Of a DNA stretch of 30,128 bases, positions 1 to 7,595 are shown piece after piece. The first letter of the stretch is position 1; the number at the start of each line of letters is the position of its first letter. A program made the translations under genes and the position numbers. The stretch comes from a virus (Duplodnaviria > Caudoviricetes). The notes under the pieces were generated by a model that searched no databases, was not told where the DNA came from, and was given only the letters and a program-made list of their open reading frames with translations. The stretch is from the IMG/VR virus record IMGVR_UViG_3300032143_000010, positions 1-30,128 of that record; one strand, written 5' to 3'.

Positions 1-341
1 ACAAAACTTCGCCAGCCGCGATTCAAGGCTCTCCCAAAACCAAGCACTTCTTCTGAAATTCCAGCATCGGCTTCAGTTGGAGGCAACGGCCCGGCGGTGC
101 TTGGAATGAGATTCGTCGGGGCCTGCACCGCCAACACCGGCGGCGCATTCACGCTCACGTTGCTGATCGCAGGGGCGGGCGGCGGCCCCGGAACCAGCAA
201 CTCGTCCGTCGCCGGCGGAGTGAACCGCAGGGAGCGTCCTGTCCTCTGCGTTACGGGGGCAACAAGCTCATCCGTCTCCGGTGGTTTCCACGAGGGAGCG
301 GGAACAACCAGTTCGTCTGTGCTTGGCGGACTGAAAGCCAT
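1..341 (-). CDS. N-terminal part of a probable large ejection (internal virion) protein, runs off the window
   Basis: Not in the ORF track. ATG at 341 opens MAFSPPSTDELVVPAPSWKPPETDELVAP...FTPPATDELL...GFGRALNRGWRSF with no stop before base 1. Preceded by a promoter-like motif, and third in the run of genes after the nozzle and GNAT. Confidence 0.65.
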   Translation of the reverse strand, partial: MAFSPPSTDELVVPAPSWKPPETDELVAPVTQRTGRSLRFTPPATDELLVPGPPPAPAISNVSVNAPPVLAVQAPTNLIPSTAGPLPPTEADAGISEEVLGFGRALNRGWRSF

Positions 342-376
342 GAAGGCGCTTTACGGCATCCGCAAGAGGGTTTCAA
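342..376 (-). promoter_or_regulatory. Putative leaderless promoter TTGAAA-N17-TAAAGC-N6-ATG
   Basis: -35 at 371..376, -10-like at 348..353, ATG at 341. Same geometry recurs at 7555..7589 and 25133..25167. Confidence 0.6.
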
Positions 377-393
377 CAAAATTCGCTGAGGCG

Positions 394-1569
394 TCACCGC
401 TTGCGCCAGATGTTCCCCTGTGAGTCCAGGTACGCCGCACCGGGCGCAAGGGCATCGTAGTCCGCCTGCGAGTTCACGAGTGCCGGGTTGAACCGCGGCG
501 CGTTCGTTCCGCCCGGCATAACGATTCCGGAATAGACGGGAGACAGAGGCATGGCGCGATTCGTCCCCATCGGCGGGTAACTCTGCGGAGGCATTCCAAC
601 CGGGAACTGGTAGTTCGGAACGCGGCTGCTCGAAAGATTCATCGGCATTCCACCCCCAGCCGGCAAGGCGTACATCTCGCCGGTGTAGGGGAAACTTCTG
701 TCGGCACCGGCAGAGGGAGAGTTCGTCTGCATCGCGCGCATGTGGTACGGCGCTGGCACGGTGGAAAACGCCTTACCTCCCTCCCCGAAAATGATGTTGT
801 AAGCTCTGGGATTTTCCAGCGGTCCTTTGACGATACGTTCAAGTTGCTGTTTGTCCGCAAGCATCGCTTCGTACCCGCGTCGTTTTACAATGTAGTCGGG
901 ATTTTCATGCCTGAATCCATAGATGCCCCCCAATCGAGGAACCGTTCCCGGTAAAGGATTGCCGGATGAATCTTTTGCCAGTCCAAGTTCGGCGGCACGC
1001 TGTTTGATCTGGGAGTTGAGGTCCCAGTAGCTATTTATCAAGGAAGCCGCCTGCTTCGATTGCAAGTGGTTCGATTCCCCAATCTGTTGAATGTCTTGGT
1101 TTCTTGCCCAAAGTGCCTCCGTCCTTCCCGGAGCAAGATTTTTGTATCGTGCGGTGATTTGATCGGGACTGAGGAAAAGCCCCAAGTCGGCATCGTGTTG
1201 CGCGTCTCGATAGTCCTGCTCTTGGAGAGCCGAAAGTTTCGGGTTGGGTGCCTTTGCGGCTTGGTCCGCCAGCGCGTTGTACTGTCGCGTGCGAGCGACA
1301 ATCTCCGGCCCGGTGTACTGATTCTGAAATCTTCGAGACGCCGCTGCCTCGTCAATTCCGGCCTGCAACTGGCGTCCGGCCAAGACATCCGCCTGAGTTG
1401 CCCTGCCGATGTTGTACTGAAGCTGGCGGTTGGCGAGTTCGTTCTGCGCGGCGTATTGGTTGCGCGTCTGCATCATCTGAAAAGCGTTCTGCAATGCGCG
1501 TTCTCGATTCGCTTTTTGAGCTTCGTAGAACCCGAACGCTTGGCCGGGACTATCACCAAAGTAGGCCAT
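394..1569 (-). CDS. Putative ejection/internal virion protein (P22 gp20-like position)
   Basis: 391 aa, Gln/Ala-rich helical N-terminus, Pro/Met-rich low-complexity C-terminal part, terminal motif VNSQADYDALAPGAAYLDSQGNIWRK. Synteny supports the call. Confidence 0.55.
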   Translation of the reverse strand: MAYFGDSPGQAFGFYEAQKANRERALQNAFQMMQTRNQYAAQNELANRQLQYNIGRATQADVLAGRQLQAGIDEAAASRRFQNQYTGPEIVARTRQYNALADQAAKAPNPKLSALQEQDYRDAQHDADLGLFLSPDQITARYKNLAPGRTEALWARNQDIQQIGESNHLQSKQAASLINSYWDLNSQIKQRAAELGLAKDSSGNPLPGTVPRLGGIYGFRHENPDYIVKRRGYEAMLADKQQLERIVKGPLENPRAYNIIFGEGGKAFSTVPAPYHMRAMQTNSPSAGADRSFPYTGEMYALPAGGGMPMNLSSSRVPNYQFPVGMPPQSYPPMGTNRAMPLSPVYSGIVMPGGTNAPRFNPALVNSQADYDALAPGAAYLDSQGNIWRKR

Positions 1570-2640
1570 TTACAATCCCCCTCCCCCAATGGAACTTCCC
1601 TGTGGAACTCCGTAGTTCACGGTGGGCGCCATTGAATAGTACGGCAGGTAGGCGTTTGAACCGCCCCAGAGTCCTTGCGGCGCGAAGGATTGTGTAGGAC
1701 CACCGCCCGGCATTCCGCCTGCGTAGAGGTAGTTTTGAAACGCATCCGCTGACATTGGCGCTACCGGAGCCAATCCAGAATATCTTGCCTGCCCTGTCGT
1801 TGTGTTTGGTGCGGGACCGCCACCACCACCGCCTCCGCCCGCAGCAGCGCCCGCGCTCATCAAATATCCGCCCTGTTCCTTGAGGGCTCCGCCGATGATC
1901 TCCGTCTCGGATGGGTTGTACTTGGAGTACGTGCCTTGATTGAAAAGCTGCTCCAGTGCCGCAAGGTTGCCAAGGTAGTTGCCGAAGTTCTGCTGTCTCA
2001 CGTTCTCAGGCACGAGACCGTAGGCGGCGAGGTCGGCCATCATCTTCTGCCGCTGTCCTGCGAGGCCAAGCTGGTTCTGCGTCAGGTATCCAAGGTCCGC
2101 ACGTTGCGCTGCGGCATCGGCTTGAGCAGCCTGCACGTAGTAAGGCGCCGTAGCGTCAATGAGCATCCGGCTTCCGTAGGAACTGCCTCCTCCTGGCATT
2201 CCGAGCAACCCGGAGTTCACACCGCGAATGGCCCGGTTGGAATACAAGTTGGCCGCGTCAATACCCGCCGCATTCTGTGCCGCTCGCAACTGCGCGAGTT
2301 GCGAGGCCATCTGACCGTTGTAGAATTGATCGATGGTGCCAATCTCCTGTCCGGTGGCCGTCTTTGTGGCTGGGTAATTCGAGAGGTAGGCGCTTCTGTA
2401 CTTCTGGTAAGCCGCGTCTAGCGAGTCTTTAATCTGCTGCGCCAGACTCAGCCCTCCCTTAACCGCAGTTCCAAGCGCCGGCCATTTGAAAGGGAAAGTC
2501 ATCTCTCCCGTATTCCCAAAAAGGGCACCGAGCGCCTCAATGCCTGAACCTGTTCCGGCAGTTATGGCACCTGCCCCGCCCATTGCGGCGCCGCCCGCTT
2601 TGGTCATTCCGCCCATATCCATTCCTGCCATTCCACTCAT
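1570..2640 (-). CDS. Putative ejection protein (P22 gp7 / T7 gp14-like position)
   Basis: 356 aa, Gly/Ala/Met-rich hydrophobic N-terminus, Ala/Gln/Leu-rich helices, Gly8 run. Directly follows the GNAT gene with an ATGA overlap. Confidence 0.55.
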   Translation of the reverse strand: MSGMAGMDMGGMTKAGGAAMGGAGAITAGTGSGIEALGALFGNTGEMTFPFKWPALGTAVKGGLSLAQQIKDSLDAAYQKYRSAYLSNYPATKTATGQEIGTIDQFYNGQMASQLAQLRAAQNAAGIDAANLYSNRAIRGVNSGLLGMPGGGSSYGSRMLIDATAPYYVQAAQADAAAQRADLGYLTQNQLGLAGQRQKMMADLAAYGLVPENVRQQNFGNYLGNLAALEQLFNQGTYSKYNPSETEIIGGALKEQGGYLMSAGAAAGGGGGGGGPAPNTTTGQARYSGLAPVAPMSADAFQNYLYAGGMPGGGPTQSFAPQGLWGGSNAYLPYYSMAPTVNYGVPQGSSIGGGGL

Positions 2641-3080
2641 ATCAACTGTCCAATATGCTCACTTTCGCATTCTGACAAGCCCTTTTTTTGATACCACCTT
2701 GAGATGGCGTGCTTGGGGGCAAGGCTTGCGGCCCAGATGTGCGTCGCCCCAGCGGCCTTGCAGGCGCCACAGAGGGCCTCGAATATCGCAATCTCCCGGG
2801 CATTCTTGAAGTACCAGAACTGGACGAAAGCAATGCGCGCGTTGTGATTATATGCAAACGGGTAGAACATCGCTCCGGCGCAACTGCTCGGCCCCACGAG
2901 ACACAGGCCGCGCGCCAGCACGTCGGCAATGGTCAGGATCGTCGAGGGACCGTCAAAGGGGATGCCCGCGAAAACAACTGCGCCCGCCTTGCGGTAGAAC
3001 TCGCGCAGCAGTTCCAGGATGAAGGGGATGTCACTTGCCGTCGCCAGGCGAAACTCCGGCTTTGCCCATGATTTTGGCAT
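2637..3080 (-). CDS. GNAT-fold protein (T7 gp13-like position)
   Basis: Start moved to ATG 3080. N-terminal FRLATASDIPFILELLREF, later LFEALCGACKAAGAT-like helix and RWYQKKGLS are typical GNAT elements. Lies between nozzle and ejection genes. Confidence 0.7.
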   Translation of the reverse strand: MPKSWAKPEFRLATASDIPFILELLREFYRKAGAVVFAGIPFDGPSTILTIADVLARGLCLVGPSSCAGAMFYPFAYNHNARIAFVQFWYFKNAREIAIFEALCGACKAAGATHIWAASLAPKHAISRWYQKKGLSECESEHIGQLI

Positions 3081-3252
3081 TGAGGTTGAGCTTGAAGTTC
3101 CGCAGCCAGGTCTGCATCGCCTCATCGAACTTCGGCGCCCCGGCCTTCAGCCCGTGTTCGGTGAGGTAGTCCGCGAGTTTGGGCAGTGCCGGCACGTCGA
3201 AATTCTCCGCTTCCGGGGTCTTGGTCGCAAACCTGTCGAGGGGACTTGGCAT
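3031..3252 (-). CDS. Small hypothetical virion-region protein
   Basis: 73 aa, ATG 1 nt after the stop of the upstream gene, natural-looking composition. Confidence 0.6.
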   Translation of the reverse strand: MPSPLDRFATKTPEAENFDVPALPKLADYLTEHGLKAGAPKFDEAMQTWLRNFKLNLNAKIMGKAGVSPGDGK

Positions 3253-3253
3253 G

Positions 3254-5020
3254 TCAGTAGTGCACGATCTCGTACCGTTCGAGTTCGGATGTCACCCGGC
3301 TGAATTCCGCGTCACCGTACAGGCCGTCAATCCTCAGTTCCATGTAGAGAATTTTTCCCCTGCGCAGGAAGCTCCAGCGAAGTGTCGCGCTCGGCTGCGT
3401 GTTCTTCGCCCGATGTTGTGCGGCCGTGTCCGGGCTGAGACACGTCAGATTCTTCAGGCTGTGCTGGTGCCATACGAGGCGGCAATCGTCGGTGTTCGGG
3501 TCCGCCACCTGCGCCGAGACGCCCACGCGCAAACCAATCTGACTCGGCGGCGGACTCTGCGGTGCCGCCAAGGAATCCAGTTCGAGTGAGCGCGCAATCA
3601 CGCCGGCATTCTTGACGAACAAGGGGGCGAATCTCAGGAGCGACGTGATGCCCTCCAACTCGTAGCTGCCTGCGGAACTCTGGTAGCTGGGCGAGACGGC
3701 GAACGTCGCCGACACCATCGGGCTGTCGGTGTAGTTCGCCTTGAACGCCTTCACCCGCAGGACCAACGGCTCGGCCAAATCAAAGGGCACGGCGTAGAGC
3801 GTCGAGGCCGCGGTTGGCGCGTGATTCGCGTCCATCTCCGCGGCGGCTTCTTCTGCGGTGTGCGTTTCAAGGAGGGTCTCAAGTTCATCAGCTTCATCCT
3901 CTGCGGTGTTGAGCGTGTAGCGGATCGCCGCGCCCGCCGTGGCGCAGGTCAGCGTGACTTCCACGCTGTCGGTGAAGTTCCCGCCATCGGGAGAAATCAC
4001 AGGGGCCGCGACCGCCGGCCAGCCTTCCGTCACGTAGCACTGCGGAATGATGACGGTCTGGTCGGATTCCTCGTAATCCACGTACTCCACAACGGACTCG
4101 GGCCATTCCTCCACGAGCCGGGGCACTACCGCGGAATCAAACGAGACCTCGAACGTGAACGTCTCCACGTCCCCGACTTCCATCGTGCCGATGTTCCACG
4201 TCAGAGTTTGCCCTGTGATGTCGTCGGGCACGGGCACGCCGGGGCCAACAAAGGTGACTCCCGTATCGAGAATATCGGTGACAACGACGTTGGTTGGATT
4301 CCCCGCCAGAGCATCGGCAATCTGCGCCAGGACATCTTCCAAATCCTCCGTGCTCGGTGACTCGTAGTAGTAGTTCGGAGCGGTGGCGATGGATTCCAAG
4401 ATCGTCTCTGCAAACACACCCGCGCCAGCAAAATCGGATTCCACTGTGTCCAGATTTAAGCCGATGGTGTAGATGCTCGTTCCTGCGGCCTTGGTCGCCG
4501 TCGCTTCACTTACCGCGGCGTTTGTGCAAGCGTTCGGGCTTGTCGAAGGAGTGGCACAGGAGACGCCGGCACAGGTCTTGTTGGCCACTCCGTCTGACAG
4601 GAGAATCATCACGGGGGCAACATCCTCGCGCCCATTCGCCACAAGTTCATCTTGGCCCGTGTGAATGCCCGCGCACATATTTGTGACGCCGTCTGCGGTG
4701 AGCGCGTTAATGGCAATCTTGACGCTGGCGAAGTCGGTTGTCAGAGCCGAGCGAAGCGTGGCCGTCGTTGCAAATGAAGTCAGACCCACCTTGTCCTGAT
4801 CCGCATCCAACAGGTTAATGAAGGCTATCGCCGCGGCCTTCATGTCTATCAAGGGATCGCCTGCCATTGATGTTGACCCGTCCAAGACCAACATGACATC
4901 CACCGGCTCGCGCCAGTCAGCGTCCCCGAGGCACTTCACCACGAGTTCAATCGAGGCGTGCTCGAACGTCGCCAGCGTGGTTGCCCGTTTCTCGACCGTG
5001 ATGTAGGGAGGGGTGGCCAT
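3254..5020 (-). CDS. VWA + DUF11-like + Fn3-associated (CHB_HEX_C-like) protein with nozzle-like C-terminal domain
   Basis: MIDAS motif VLDGSTSM...T...LSDG. DUF11-like NVVVTDILDTGVTFV...TLTWNIGTMEVGDVETFTFEV. Fn3-associated APVISPDGGNFTDSVEVTLTCATAGAAIRYTL...LRVKAFK...SPMVSATF. The last ~145 aa are beta-rich and end LRWSFLRRGKILYMELRIDG. Confidence 0.8.
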   Translation of the reverse strand: MATPPYITVEKRATTLATFEHASIELVVKCLGDADWREPVDVMLVLDGSTSMAGDPLIDMKAAAIAFINLLDADQDKVGLTSFATTATLRSALTTDFASVKIAINALTADGVTNMCAGIHTGQDELVANGREDVAPVMILLSDGVANKTCAGVSCATPSTSPNACTNAAVSEATATKAAGTSIYTIGLNLDTVESDFAGAGVFAETILESIATAPNYYYESPSTEDLEDVLAQIADALAGNPTNVVVTDILDTGVTFVGPGVPVPDDITGQTLTWNIGTMEVGDVETFTFEVSFDSAVVPRLVEEWPESVVEYVDYEESDQTVIIPQCYVTEGWPAVAAPVISPDGGNFTDSVEVTLTCATAGAAIRYTLNTAEDEADELETLLETHTAEEAAAEMDANHAPTAASTLYAVPFDLAEPLVLRVKAFKANYTDSPMVSATFAVSPSYQSSAGSYELEGITSLLRFAPLFVKNAGVIARSLELDSLAAPQSPPPSQIGLRVGVSAQVADPNTDDCRLVWHQHSLKNLTCLSPDTAAQHRAKNTQPSATLRWSFLRRGKILYMELRIDGLYGDAEFSRVTSELERYEIVHY

Positions 5021-5026
5021 ACGCTT

Positions 5027-6625
5027 TTAGTCCGCCGGCGGTGCCAGGAAATGCTCAATTCCCAATCCTTCCGGGTTCTGGCAAATCTCGCGGTAGAACA
5101 CGCCGCCGAGTTGTTTCAGGCACCAGTCCTGGGAACTCGCGGCAACCCACTTCGCCTCGCTCTTGCACGCCTTGCAGATGTCATCGAGAATTTCGCCGTC
5201 GAGCAGGGCGCAGAGCGAATCGCTCGATGCGGCAGGCTGCGTCCAATCCTCAACCAGCACGCCATCCACGTCCACCGTCTGATCGGTGTAAATGTGGTTC
5301 GGGCCTACGAACCCGTCGGGAAGCTCGAACATCGGGCGAGGCAACCCCTCAAAGACGTAGCCGTGCCCCAGAGCCGTTAGCCCCTCCACCGTGCAAATCC
5401 CATTCTCAATGATGAAATCCCGGATGGTCGGCGTCCGTTGCGGACTGTAGTTGCAAAAGGCCGTGAACCCGTGATCCACCACGTCGCAGGTCTTGTAGCT
5501 CGTGTTGATGCGCAGCGAGACGTTCGGGCACTCATTTTCCTCATCCACTTCCGCGATGCTGAACATCACTTCATCTCCGTTCAGTCCGCCGACGTGGACC
5601 TCGCAGTTCGTCGCGTCAATGTTGTCGAACAAAAGCGTCGTGGCCCGGTGCAGCCACTCAGGACGATCCGGGTTGGCGTAGAGCGGACTGAACACGTTCA
5701 GACCGTCTTGATCCGCGAACAGATGCACGTCCCCGAGATTCACCAGCATGTTCGGGAAGGCCAAGACACCGCTGTTTTCGTTTTTCTCCGCGCTGTACAC
5801 CCGCCTGAAGGCAAAGGACTGCGCCCCGCCAATCACCGACATCTCCCAGATGCCATGCGTCGTGTAGATCAGGAACACGTTGCCAAGGACTTCGCCGGCC
5901 AGAATCGTCTCGTGGGGATAGAGGTCGTAGTAGCCCGTGATCGAAGCCTGCTTGGCCGGATCGAAGCTCGTCGGGTTCGCGTAGTTCGACCACAGAATAC
6001 GATTGCCGTACCGCTGCGAGTCCATCTCCACGTTGGCGAAGAACAGGCAGTTGGCGAACGACCAGACGCACCGGGCACGCCGGAGGCCAATCAAATCGAA
6101 ATCATCAAACTCATAGAGCGATTCACCCTCGATGCCAGTCTGCTCCAAGATGTGGTACTTCGGTTTGTCGAAATCGTTCGTGAACGCCAGGTAGTCCCCC
6201 AGACATGCCGCCTTGAATCGTGGCGCCGACGCACTCGTTGCCGGGACGCCTCCAAACCCTGTGCCGAGAATCTTGTAGTTCCCGGAGTACTCGTTCAGCC
6301 GAGCGATGCAGGATTGATTCGCCAGGAACAACGAGCGCACCTGCCGCATGGACGTGGCCGGATACAACAGCGTAACAGGTTGCCGGATGCGACTTCCGAA
6401 CAGGAGAAGTTGATCGTGGAAATCCTCGTTGTTGTACTCAACCGCGATGTCGGTTGGACTCAGGAACTTCTGAAAGCCTGTGCCCCGGCGGAGCTTCCCT
6501 TCCCCTGTGGTCTGGAAGTTCTGCCTCATTCTGACGGCGCCCTGCGGCAGCGAATCGGGAGAGGAACGCAGGTCCAGCACTCCGGTCAACGGCGCGAGCG
6601 AAAGGTCTTTGGTGTTGGAGGCCAT
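5027..6625 (-). CDS. Tail nozzle / packaged-DNA stabilization protein (P22 gp10 / T7 gp12-like), apparently lacking its C-terminal domain
   Basis: N-terminus PLTGVLDLRSSPDSLPQGAVRMRQNF...GKLRRGTG and internal NRILWSNYANPTSF, VFLIYTTHGIWEM are beta-propeller nozzle-type segments. Synteny supports the call. Confidence 0.75.
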   Translation of the reverse strand: MASNTKDLSLAPLTGVLDLRSSPDSLPQGAVRMRQNFQTTGEGKLRRGTGFQKFLSPTDIAVEYNNEDFHDQLLLFGSRIRQPVTLLYPATSMRQVRSLFLANQSCIARLNEYSGNYKILGTGFGGVPATSASAPRFKAACLGDYLAFTNDFDKPKYHILEQTGIEGESLYEFDDFDLIGLRRARCVWSFANCLFFANVEMDSQRYGNRILWSNYANPTSFDPAKQASITGYYDLYPHETILAGEVLGNVFLIYTTHGIWEMSVIGGAQSFAFRRVYSAEKNENSGVLAFPNMLVNLGDVHLFADQDGLNVFSPLYANPDRPEWLHRATTLLFDNIDATNCEVHVGGLNGDEVMFSIAEVDEENECPNVSLRINTSYKTCDVVDHGFTAFCNYSPQRTPTIRDFIIENGICTVEGLTALGHGYVFEGLPRPMFELPDGFVGPNHIYTDQTVDVDGVLVEDWTQPAASSDSLCALLDGEILDDICKACKSEAKWVAASSQDWCLKQLGGVFYREICQNPEGLGIEHFLAPPAD

Positions 6626-6628
6626 TGC

Positions 6629-6919
6629 CTATTTTGGTTCGTACTGCGCTTCAAACTGATACCACGGATACGCGCCAGAGAAACCATAGCCGGGATAGCT
6701 CCCCTCGACTCCGGGAGCCGAAGTAACGTAGTCGCCTAGGTTTACTGTGATGTCCCCTTCAAGAAGGTGGATCAGGCCGTGCTCTGGAACTCCACCCGCA
6801 GCAGCAACGTGTTCGATTTCAGGAAATCCATCTCCCGCACGGTATCGCTCTCCCAAATACCTCTGCGCCTGAACCAACGTCAGGACCTCCGGGCGTTCTT
6901 TGTAAATCGCGCCGGTCAT
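6629..6919 (-). CDS. Hypothetical protein
   Basis: 96 aa, ATGA-coupled to the tail collar gene. Confidence 0.6.
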   Translation of the reverse strand: MTGAIYKERPEVLTLVQAQRYLGERYRAGDGFPEIEHVAAAGGVPEHGLIHLLEGDITVNLGDYVTSAPGVEGSYPGYGFSGAYPWYQFEAQYEPK

Positions 6920-7554
6920 GCCCGAATGTAAATAAAGACCGCGAGATACGGCGGTATGTTATTGTGCGCCTCTGCACTCACAGGCGGCGTTCCGCTTGTA
7001 GGATCGCCTCCACCCTCCTCAGTGACCCCATTATAATCAGGAGGGCTTGTCGAAGTCTCCTCCCACAAAAACCCAAACTCTCCGGCGTTCGGACTGTTAT
7101 CCTTGGGCACCGTAAATGGATGGGTGTGAGGGGCGAGTTCTTCGAGCGTCAAGACGTGCTCCGCCTCTCCTCCGGTTGAAGCCAACGGTTTGGTGCCGCT
7201 CGTGCCTATCGGGAATCGGTCCTGAAAGTCCGGGATGTTGAATGTGTTCACGCCGTCTCCAGGGCCGAAGGTCGTTCCAATCACTCCGAACAGATTCACA
7301 TAGGTAGTGCGCGACACCGCACGGCCATTGCAGAGGAGCCTCCCCGTCTCCGTCAGTTGCGCGGCGGAGAACTCAAGCGTGCCGATGCCCAAGACGGCGG
7401 GGTTCAGGTTGCCATCGGCGTCCAGAAGCCAGTTGACCAGTTTGTAAAGGAGGGCTCCTCTCCAACTCAGGGCCTTGTTGAACCCAGAGCAAAGCTGGGC
7501 GGTGGTGTCCACCATTGCCGCTTTGAAATCATTCGGCGTTACGGGTGCGCTCAT
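6916..7554 (-). CDS. Phage tail collar domain protein (short fiber)
   Basis: LLCNGRAVSRTTYVNLFGVIGTTFGPGDGVNTFNIPDFQDRFPIG, GGEAEHVLTLEELAPHTH and AHNNIPPYLAVFIYIR are hallmark tail-collar motifs. Confidence 0.9.
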   Translation of the reverse strand: MSAPVTPNDFKAAMVDTTAQLCSGFNKALSWRGALLYKLVNWLLDADGNLNPAVLGIGTLEFSAAQLTETGRLLCNGRAVSRTTYVNLFGVIGTTFGPGDGVNTFNIPDFQDRFPIGTSGTKPLASTGGEAEHVLTLEELAPHTHPFTVPKDNSPNAGEFGFLWEETSTSPPDYNGVTEEGGGDPTSGTPPVSAEAHNNIPPYLAVFIYIRA

Positions 7555-7589
7555 GCCGACGCTTTACGCCTTTCGCGCGGCATTGGCAA
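7555..7589 (-). promoter_or_regulatory. Putative leaderless promoter TTGCCA-N17-TAAAGC-N6-ATG restarting tail-gene transcription
   Basis: -35 at 7584..7589, -10-like at 7561..7566, ATG at 7554. Fills most of the 41-nt intergenic gap. Confidence 0.6.
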
Positions 7590-7595
7590 CAGAAA

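Noticed and set aside
97-423. 108-aa + strand ORF with repeated TSSSV-x-GG
   Set aside because: It is the reverse reading of the PPxTDEL repeats. The minus-strand frame has an ATG, a promoter motif and fits the gene order.
5438-6739. 433-aa + strand ORF, and similar ones at 8169..8975, 14018..14743 and 22264..23214
   Set aside because: Antisense shadows of well-supported minus-strand genes, with no recognisable domains.
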